Shown here piece after piece: positions 1 through 8,000 of a stretch of DNA of 64,000 bases. This stretch comes from Candidatus Endobugula sp. (GTDB lineage Bacteria; Pseudomonadota; Gammaproteobacteria; Pseudomonadales; Cellvibrionaceae): assembly GCA_047619205.1 (NCBI GenBank), contig JBLHJR010000006.1, positions 77 to 64,076 on the forward strand, in the 5' to 3' direction. Made by a program: the position numbers and the translations under genes. Every line of letters begins with the position of its first letter. Within the stretch, counting starts at the first letter, position 1. Under the pieces are notes generated by a model. The model ran no database searches. It was given only the letters and a program-made list of their open reading frames with translations, and was not told the DNA's origin.

Positions 1-1
1 C

Positions 2-190
2 GTCACCGCACTCTGTATTACTAAGTATTTTGTAGATGACGGCTATCATGTCGATTGCATACCATTAAATAAAAATCTAGAACTGCCGCTTACATTTACT
101 ACGCTGCCAAACAAAGTAAAACTCACTAAAAATACGCTTAACGCTATACGAAAAAGACACCAAAAAAATTCTATAGTAAAAACAAAGTGA
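2..190 (+). CDS. 3' end of a CDS entering from the left edge, product unknown
   Basis: Frame 2 is open from base 2 to TGA at 188-190 (VTALCITKYFVDDGYHVDCIPLNKNLELPL...VKTK*); no recognisable motif. Confidence 0.4.
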   Translation, partial: VTALCITKYFVDDGYHVDCIPLNKNLELPLTFTTLPNKVKLTKNTLNAIRKRHQKNSIVKTK

Positions 191-270
191 TCAGATGAGA
201 AGTTATTTTTTCAAAAAAATTCTGAACACTTCATCATTTATTCAGAAAACCTCAAGATAGCCGCGCTCTC

Positions 271-615
271 ATGAACATTTACGAACTTATTGCCACAAGC
301 CCATTAATAGGCTTAGCCTACCTCATTTGGCAACATAACAACATTAGTATTATTGCACGCAACTCTGTTAAGCGATATTGCAAAGAGGCGGGAGTGCAAC
401 TATTAGATCAAAACATTATTTTAAAACGGTTACGAATAAAAATTTCTCCGCACTCCTTATTTGCATTACAACGTCAATACGTATTTGAATTTTCTTCTAT
501 TGGCGATTATCGTTACAAAGGCATTATCCATTTATTAGGCAAACGTATAGAACGAATGGAATTAGAACCTTTTAAGACACTGGTGAATGCGGACACTGAA
601 AATACAAGCGACTAA
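271..615 (+). CDS. DUF3301 family protein
   Basis: N-terminal hydrophobic segment, then CKEAGVQLLDQ and RQYVFEFSSIGDYRYKG, typical of the family. Confidence 0.75.
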   Translation: MNIYELIATSPLIGLAYLIWQHNNISIIARNSVKRYCKEAGVQLLDQNIILKRLRIKISPHSLFALQRQYVFEFSSIGDYRYKGIIHLLGKRIERMELEPFKTLVNADTENTSD

Positions 616-678
616 GCTGTTATCGCTCCATTATTTTAACTATAAGAATAAGATTCCCTTCTATATCCCCATCATCAG

Positions 679-978
679 TTAACTCTTTATATTTGCCGAT
701 ATTGGCGTCACTACTTTTTCGTTACTACTAGTATCCGATAACGCATCCAATAAAACTTCTGGTTTACCTTTGCATGCTTTCGCCAAATTTTCACGATGTT
801 TAGATAATAATATACCGATTGCTTCACTAGCCTTTTCATCAATGCCCTTAATATTTGACTCGATTAATGCGGTAATATTCTCTGCTAGCTCTAGCATTTT
901 ATCGTGTTCTTCTGCCTCTTTTTTATTTACAAACATACTTTCGTCTCGGTCACATTTCCACACTGCTATAACAGCCAT
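679..978 (-). CDS. yebG: YebG family DNA damage-inducible protein
   Basis: MAVIAVWKCDRDESMFVNKKEAEEHDKMLELAE pattern; LexA box directly upstream. Confidence 0.8.
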   Translation of the reverse strand: MAVIAVWKCDRDESMFVNKKEAEEHDKMLELAENITALIESNIKGIDEKASEAIGILLSKHRENLAKACKGKPEVLLDALSDTSSNEKVVTPISANIKS

Positions 979-979
979 A

Positions 980-1035
980 ATTTACCCCTTGATATAATAC
1001 TGTATTTTTATACAGTATTATATCAAGGGGTAAAT
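980..1035. repeat. Perfect inverted repeat, 26-bp arms with 4-nt loop
   Basis: atttaccccttgatataatactgtat (980-1005) is the exact reverse complement of atacagtattatatcaaggggtaaat (1010-1035). Confidence 0.95.
998..1017. promoter_or_regulatory. LexA (SOS) box
   Basis: TACTGTATTTTTATACAGTA = CTG-N10-CAG, close to the gammaproteobacterial consensus TACTGTATATATATACAGTA, upstream of yebG. Confidence 0.85.
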
Positions 1036-1040
1036 GTCAA
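1012..1040 (-). promoter_or_regulatory. Putative sigma70 promoter of yebG overlapping the LexA box
   Basis: Minus strand TTGACA (1040-1035)-N17-TACTGT (1017-1012). Confidence 0.6.
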
Positions 1041-1103
1041 TCACTATTTTGGCATTCTTAGTAATGAGGAAATAAATAATGTATTAGCGGAGAGCGCGCG
1101 AGG

Positions 1104-1589
1104 TTAATTATCGTCTGCTAATTTAAGCTCATAATTTGATACCAAGCGATGAGTTAGTACCATACTAGTAATAACAGACATAGCAAAAAACAATAAACCT
1201 ATATGGGCTTTAACGCTGGCCAGACCACCCAGCTTTAATGTTGCTGCCAAGATGGCAATTAAGAAAACATCCGCCATCGACCACTTACCAATAACAATGA
1301 GGTTTTTAACCAGTGATAATTGATGATCAGGCACTAGAGGCCGGTGATTGATTTTCCATAACAAAAGAAATTTATACAGTGGAACAAGCACACTGAAGAT
1401 AAGAATAACAATGGCTAAAAAAATTTCACCTTGTTTAGCCAACTGAATAATTCCCGCTAATAGAGAAAAAGAATCCTTTAAGATAATAAATTTTTCTAGC
1501 GAGAACATAGGTAGACTTATACCCAGAATAAATAGGCTCAATGCAAATAGCCACAACAGCTTATCCGTAGTATTTTTTTCTAAACTCAC
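1104..1589 (-). CDS. Paraquat-inducible protein A family membrane protein (single domain)
   Basis: GISLPMF, SVLVPLYK, IGKWSMADVF motifs with TM helices; GTG start. Confidence 0.8.
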   Translation of the reverse strand: MSLEKNTTDKLLWLFALSLFILGISLPMFSLEKFIILKDSFSLLAGIIQLAKQGEIFLAIVILIFSVLVPLYKFLLLWKINHRPLVPDHQLSLVKNLIVIGKWSMADVFLIAILAATLKLGGLASVKAHIGLLFFAMSVITSMVLTHRLVSNYELKLADDN

Positions 1590-1685
1590 TGCTTCCCCTG
1601 AACCGATATAGTGACATTAATTATCTTAACATCCAACCAAACACCTATGCAGGCACTTGCTAAGAATCTCAATCGTTTACATCAA

Positions 1686-2438
1686 CTATCCACTCTGCCA
1701 TTTTTTCAACTGTAAACAAATGCCCGCAAACAACGTATTTTTATCGTTAGGTAGTTGTTTATCTTCAGTCATTAATAATCGCCGGCTATTAGCAATAGCA
1801 TCCCATTTGAGCTTAGTAAGAGTCCAATGTTCATCTCTAGGTGGCTGAAGACCAATATAACTCAGCTTAAGCGTGTCCTTATCTTCGGCCCATAGATGTA
1901 ACGCTGGCGGGTGTTTAGTTACATTGGCTTGCGACCATTGCAGGTGTAAACGCGAGGGCGTATCGATACTTTTGCCATAAACGCTAATAACAAATTGAAT
2001 CTCTTTTTCTGCGTCATGGTAAGCCGACATAGTAGCCAAGTAACTAGGGCCAGTCGCTACAATTAACGTAGTGGGAACACTAAACCACAGCATAAATGCC
2101 AACATTAATGAGGCTGCCGCACTAAAACCTGTTGCCGCTTTCCATGAAAATATATTAACCCAAATACTGCTGGAAGTTTTCTTCTCTGACATTGTCGCTT
2201 GATCAATAGCACGCCAAATTTGATGCCGTTTTTTTATTGTTAACTCGACGGCTGGTAGCTGTGCATGCAAAACAGCAAACTCATCCGCCCAGTTTGCGAC
2301 TGCTCGCTCTAGCTCTGGGGTGGTTGCCATTAATTTTTCTGTGCGTGTACGCACTCGTGATGTCATCACACCAAGCACATACTGACTGGCAATATGCGCA
2401 TATATTTTTGGTTGCTGGTACCTTAAGCAGCGAGACAT
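1686..2438 (-). CDS. Anti-sigma factor, RskA-like
   Basis: ASQYVLG N-terminal motif, single TM segment, overlaps sigma gene; start moved to ATG 2438 with GGAG upstream. Confidence 0.7.
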   Translation of the reverse strand: MSRCLRYQQPKIYAHIASQYVLGVMTSRVRTRTEKLMATTPELERAVANWADEFAVLHAQLPAVELTIKKRHQIWRAIDQATMSEKKTSSSIWVNIFSWKAATGFSAAASLMLAFMLWFSVPTTLIVATGPSYLATMSAYHDAEKEIQFVISVYGKSIDTPSRLHLQWSQANVTKHPPALHLWAEDKDTLKLSYIGLQPPRDEHWTLTKLKWDAIANSRRLLMTEDKQLPNDKNTLFAGICLQLKKWQSG

Positions 2439-2995
2439 TGTTTTAACTCCTGCAATCCACGACGTATCCAAGCTTTTACAGTGCCAAGCGGCTCAGACAT
2501 TTCTTCACTTAATTCACTATGACTATAACCTTGCACGCAACTCATCAATATCGCTTGCTGGGAGCGGGGCTTTAATTGCGCTAAGCACTGCCCAATCCAA
2601 TGCCTATCAGAAAGATCATTAACCTCAGTCAACTGGTTTAATAGCTCGGGATATGTATCCGTAGAATCCTGTGGATGCGCCTGTAAACTGCGTAAGCGAT
2701 CAACAGCACGATTACGTGCAAGTACGCAGATCCAACCCCATGCACTACCACTACCGGTATATTTTCCTGCCTGTTGCCATACGGCTATAAATACCTCTTG
2801 CAAGACATCTTCCGCTTCATGCTTATTCTTTACTATCCGAACAATAAGTCCTAATAGCTTTGTTGAACTTAAGTCATAGAGATTTTTTAACGCGTGTTTA
2901 TCCTGTCGCTGAATGCGATAAAGTAATGAGTTTGTTTCTGTAAGCCAATTAATATCTGTCACTAAATTTTTTACCCTACTGAACAATCTGATCAT
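2423..2995 (-). CDS. ECF RNA polymerase sigma factor, SigK-like
   Basis: AEDVLQEVFIAVW, WICVLARNRAVDRLR, PLGTVKAWIRRGL. Confidence 0.9.
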   Translation of the reverse strand: MIRLFSRVKNLVTDINWLTETNSLLYRIQRQDKHALKNLYDLSSTKLLGLIVRIVKNKHEAEDVLQEVFIAVWQQAGKYTGSGSAWGWICVLARNRAVDRLRSLQAHPQDSTDTYPELLNQLTEVNDLSDRHWIGQCLAQLKPRSQQAILMSCVQGYSHSELSEEMSEPLGTVKAWIRRGLQELKQCLAA

Positions 2996-3048
2996 TGATA
3001 AGATGAGAGATCATTCAGAAGAGGCTAAGCCCCTCCTGAACATCCGTT

Positions 3049-3420
3049 TTAGTAGCCGTGCTTAGCTTTCTTTTTCGCTTTCTCAGCCGTATGCCAAACG
3101 CCACCGACGCCATTACCCGTTGTATCACCCGCTTTACTGTCGCCTACCCAAGTATATAGCGGCTGGTTGTTATAGGTCCATTGTTGTGCACCATCTTTAC
3201 GCGTCGTTAACCCCCAAGGTTTATTGACTGTTGCACCTTGCTTCGCTATATGCGGTGGCCATTTTACTGCACAGCCACCATAGCAGTTAGATGCTCCATC
3301 TGCGTCTTTATCAAAGGTATACAGTGTCATACCTGATGAGTTAGTCAGTATTTTCCCATGATGATCTGCTGCTGCTGACATAGCGATAAAAAGTGAAAGT
3401 GCAATAAATAATGTTTTCAT
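3049..3420 (-). CDS. Secreted Yx(FWY)xxD-motif protein (COG4315-like)
   Basis: Signal peptide; GMTLYTFDKD, CYGGCAVKWPP, QPLYTWVGD, GVGGVW. Confidence 0.85.
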   Translation of the reverse strand: MKTLFIALSLFIAMSAAADHHGKILTNSSGMTLYTFDKDADGASNCYGGCAVKWPPHIAKQGATVNKPWGLTTRKDGAQQWTYNNQPLYTWVGDSKAGDTTGNGVGGVWHTAEKAKKKAKHGY

Positions 3421-3465
3421 AGTCGTTTTTCCGTAGTAGTTATGTTTTTGGTGTTACATAACTAA

Positions 3466-3494
3466 AGACGAAGCTAAGAGATCAATTGGATGCA
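3466..3494 (-). promoter_or_regulatory. Putative ECF-dependent promoter
   Basis: Minus strand TGCATCC-N17-CGTCT upstream of the COG4315-sigma-antisigma unit, resembling SigK-type promoter motifs. Confidence 0.4.
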
Positions 3495-3583
3495 AAAATA
3501 ATTTATTTATTTTTGCTTAGCGGAAATTGAAGAAAATTTAAGATTCTACCTGATTAAACACCTCTCAGAGCGAGTGGTTATTT

Positions 3584-4087
3584 TTAGAATCCCAGTAATT
3601 CAACAACTGCACCTTCTAGCTTTTCTAAAGCTGGAATGGTTGCAAATTCATCATTAACCATGACATTAAAATCATCATAAGGCTTCAGCATTGTTGCTGC
3701 ATCTTCTTTGATGAGCTCAGGCGTTACCCGACTAAGCCGAGGAATGCCTTGTGTAGGAAAACACAAAAAAGGCAGTTTTGCACTGACACCCGTATTATTA
3801 AGTATCGTCATTTGGCTAGTTAGCTGGAGAGCCGGAATAGCATTACCATTGATGGCTTCATAAGAGACCATCGGCACCATAACACCGCGCCACAATACAT
3901 GACCTAAAAACCATCCGGGCAATTCATTAATCTGTGTATCGCGCATTTGTGGTTTTTTATAAGGCAGCATTTCCGCAACCGATACCGTAGGTAAGATAAG
4001 CTGACCATTGGCAACAGGAATAAGTAAACTAGGAATTTGATTACTAACTGTCTTTGCCTTTGTTGGCATGGTGTTCATCATATTCAT
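3584..4087 (-). CDS. chpC: CheW-like protein ChpC
   Basis: LILPTVSVAEML, WFLGHVLWRGVMVPMVSYE; position after chpB; start uncertain. Confidence 0.8.
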   Translation of the reverse strand: MNMMNTMPTKAKTVSNQIPSLLIPVANGQLILPTVSVAEMLPYKKPQMRDTQINELPGWFLGHVLWRGVMVPMVSYEAINGNAIPALQLTSQMTILNNTGVSAKLPFLCFPTQGIPRLSRVTPELIKEDAATMLKPYDDFNVMVNDEFATIPALEKLEGAVVELLGF

Positions 4088-4092
4088 ATTAC

Positions 4093-5049
4093 CTATCGAC
4101 TAGCTTTTTTTATTAATGCTTTTAAGTGTATTGCCAAACTCTCTGGCGTATCAATCTTCTTTACATAGCCAGTATTAATGGCTTCTTGTGGCATAGAGGC
4201 CACCACACAACTCGCAATAGACTGCGCCCATACTTGGCCACCCTGAAGTGACATCAAACGACAACCCACCACGCCATCATCGCCCATGCCGGTAAAAAAA
4301 ATGACGCCTGCATATTCACCATAAACACGAGCCACATTGGCGACAACATGATCGATTGATGGCTTATAGATACCTCGCCATTGACGATCCTGATAGAGCA
4401 CCATGGAACCATTTTCCTGTAACTCTATTACATTGTCTGCTGGCACCACCACGACACTATTGCGACACACAATATCACCGTGGGTAGCAACAAAGCTGTG
4501 GTAATGGCTATCTCGCGCTATTTTTTCACATAGCACCTGACATTGTGTCTGATCAATATGCTGTACATAAAGAAAACCAAGGTCGAGATCATTATCCATC
4601 GCATCTAAAAAACGCTTAACGGTTTCTGGGCCGCCCGTTGAGGCCGCAATCACCCAAACATTTTTTGCTTTTATTTTGTTTTGCTTACTGAGCTGTATTT
4701 GGCCTTCAAGGTTAAGCAGTTTAACTTTCAACTGTCGCGTCCAAGAACTATAATCGGCTTCTGCCGCATTATGCGTATTGCCCTCACTAAAAATAACCGG
4801 CTTATCTATATCGTATAACCATTGTTGAAAAGCTTGCTCCGCCGTCCCCGCACCTAAACGTTCAACATCCACAACAATGACCCAAGCATCAATATCGAGA
4901 GTTTGTCTTTGTAAATCCTCCTTACCCTCCATAACATCGTTAATTAACAGGCAATTAGGCGACCGGTAACCACTTTTTTCTACTTCAGCTTTAAGATAAT
5001 GCAGCTGAGCCAGTGTTTCGCTCACTACGCCTATTTTTAACGAATTCAT
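4093..5049 (-). CDS. chpB: Methylesterase ChpB (CheB-like)
   Basis: AASTGGP, VQHID, YKPSID, TGMGDDG catalytic motifs; degenerate N-terminal receiver-like region. Confidence 0.8.
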   Translation of the reverse strand: MNSLKIGVVSETLAQLHYLKAEVEKSGYRSPNCLLINDVMEGKEDLQRQTLDIDAWVIVVDVERLGAGTAEQAFQQWLYDIDKPVIFSEGNTHNAAEADYSSWTRQLKVKLLNLEGQIQLSKQNKIKAKNVWVIAASTGGPETVKRFLDAMDNDLDLGFLYVQHIDQTQCQVLCEKIARDSHYHSFVATHGDIVCRNSVVVVPADNVIELQENGSMVLYQDRQWRGIYKPSIDHVVANVARVYGEYAGVIFFTGMGDDGVVGCRLMSLQGGQVWAQSIASCVVASMPQEAINTGYVKKIDTPESLAIHLKALIKKASR

Positions 5050-5076
5050 GCACAGTGACTCATCAATCGAACCCTT

Positions 5077-8000
5077 TTATACGCTAGTCAATCCATTAGT
5101 AATCGTCAGTAGCTGACTAATATTTTTCAGCAATTGATCTTCTTGGAAAGGCTTGCCCATATATTCATTAGCACCCGCCGCTAAACCGGTTTGACGATGC
5201 TTTTCTCCTGTTCGTGAAGTAATCATAATAATAGGCAAGTCCGCTGTGCGTGAGCTGCTACGCACGCGTTTCGCCACTTCAAAGCCATCCATACGCGGCA
5301 TTTCAATATCGAGTAGCATTAAATCTGGGGAATGATCTTGCAACGTCGCGATAGCATCAACACCATCTTTTGCCGTAATTACATCAAAACCTTCACGCTC
5401 TAGAAAACGTGTCGTCACTTTACGCACGGTGACCGAATCATCGACAACCATAATTAAAGGGTTACGTACTGAGGCCTGCTGCTGAGGCACATCGGTAGCC
5501 AATAGTGTCTGCGAGTGAGATAGCGCATATTGCTGACGAATCATCGCATAGACATCCAGAATCACCACGACATGCCCATCACCCATAATAGTGGCACCCG
5601 ATAAGCCTTGTACGGAACTAAACTGCGCACCTAATGTTTTCACCACAATTTCACGACTGCCTTGCAATGAATCAACCTGAATCGCAACAGAGTGATCAGT
5701 ACTACGAACTAATAATACTGGCACGGGTAATACATGCCCCTCGACTTTTGGCGGTGCACTTTTATCCAACAAAGTGCCTAAGTACTGTAGTTGGTATTCG
5801 TTGTCTGCGTAGCTAAAGCGACTATCTGGGTCGCTATAATAGCCAGCCAACTCATCGGCTGGGACACGAGCAATACCCGCTATGGCTGTTAGCGGTATGG
5901 CATATCTGTCATCGCCCATGGTAATCATTAAGGCTCGGTTTACAGAAAGCGTGAAGGGTAAGCGGACGATGAATTGCGTGCCACGACCTTCTTCAGATTG
6001 TATCTCAACGCTACCTCCAAGCTGTTTAATTTCACTGCTGACCACATCCATGCCCACACCACGACCCGAGATTTGCGTAACGGTTTCCGCCGTTGAAAAA
6101 CCTGCATGAAAAATAAATTGCAAAATCTCTTGATCACTTAGTTCAGCATCGCGATTCATGAGTTGCCGCTCAATCGCTTTTTCACGAATACGATCAATAT
6201 TCATCCCCGCACCATCATCAGTGAGGTAGAGCAAGACGTTCCCACCTTCTCGACCTAGAGACAAACTAATACGCCCGGAACTAGGCTTACCTTTCTCTTC
6301 ACGCACAGTGGTATCTTCAATACCGTGGTCGACGGCATTACGTAGCATATGCTCTAATGGAGCCACAATACGCTCCATCATGTTTCGATCTAGTTCACCT
6401 TCCGGATTAGTAAACTCAAAGTTTACATCCTTACCCAACTCTGTGGCTATTTGGCGAACAATACGGCGTAAGCGCGGCACGATTCGCGAGAAAGGTACCA
6501 TACGAGAACGCATTAAACCTTCTTGTAGCTCAGTATTAATACGCGATTGTTGCAATAAGACGGTTTCAGCATCGCGTGCCTTATTCGATAAGGTGAACTT
6601 TAAATCTTGTAAATCGGAGGCAGATTCCGTTAAAGAACGGGATAATTGCTGCAATTGTGAATAGCGGTCCATCTCCAACGGATCAAAATCCTCGCGTTCG
6701 CTTAACTGCTCTTGACGAAAGATCACTTGCGCTTCCGTTTCTATATCTAATCGACGTAGTTGTTCTTGCAAACGCCCGACAGTATCATCCATTTCATTTA
6801 ACGAAGAGCCCATATCACTCATTTGCTCTTCCATGCGACCACGACTAATAGATGTCTCACCCGCAAGGTTAACCAGCTCCTCCATCAAGTCTGCTGACAC
6901 CTTAACTGTTTCTTGTGGGGCAGGTCGGCGGGCAGTATTAGCATTAGGGCTTAGTTCAATATTTCCACGTGTTTCTGTCTGATTGACGGGTGCCACTGAA
7001 TTTGGTGAGAACGACACGATATTCGTATTTTCATTAGCACTTAATTCAGCGGAAGGAACATGCGTTTCAACCACTGCATCATGATGACTTATATTGGGCT
7101 GAATGCTTTCTGACTCTTTAGGATATTGTGGAGACTCATTGCTGGGCATCACCACTTCATCGTCTATTACTGTAGTCACTCTGGGGGCAACAAAATCAGT
7201 ATGAATGGAGTCATCATCTATAGATGCTACTGTTTCAAGCTCAATACCCGCAACTGTTTCATCCGCATTGGAAACTTCATCATTTGCAACATTATTCGAC
7301 GTAATTGATTCTGGCAAACTAGCAGGGGTATCTAAGGCATCAACATTTTGAATTAATTGGTCCTGATATTGATGAATGACAGTTATCACATTAGCGGATG
7401 ACTCACCCCTTGACTGACCAATCAAATATGATTCAAAATCATGTGCCAGATCACCTAAAATTTTCAAACCTGCCAGTCGTGCACCACCCTTGAAGGTGTG
7501 CAGTACCCGTTGGATACCCGCATTACTGGATTGCGCATCTTCGCCGTCTTCCCAAGCGTGGATAATCTCGTCGATATCCTCAATAAGCTCAGCAGCTTCC
7601 TCCATAAAAATCTCAACAATCTCTTCATCGACTTCTTCATATAAACTATCGCCAACAAAACTACTCATATATTTTTTAGAAGTGTCAATATTGGCATCAC
7701 TACTACCAACATTTATAATTACGTTTTCTTGCTCATTTTTATTAATAGATAATGCATTTAATTGCTGCAGTAACTCTTCATTGATATCCGGCAAGTCTTG
7801 CCCGCCCGCGATCGCATCAATAATATCGAGAAGACTATAATGCGCATCTATAAGTACATCATATAAATGATCACTTGCCTGCACCTGACCTTCTATTAAA
7901 TATTGGTACTGTGTATAAAGGGCATTACTTAACTGAATCATAGAGCCAAGATTCGCCCGCTCTGCCCCATCCTGTACCTTAGCCAACTCTACCGCAACAG

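Noticed and set aside
73-90. aaatctagaactgccgct resembles the MITE terminus
   Set aside because: Isolated 18-mer inside an open reading frame with no partner IR; probably chance
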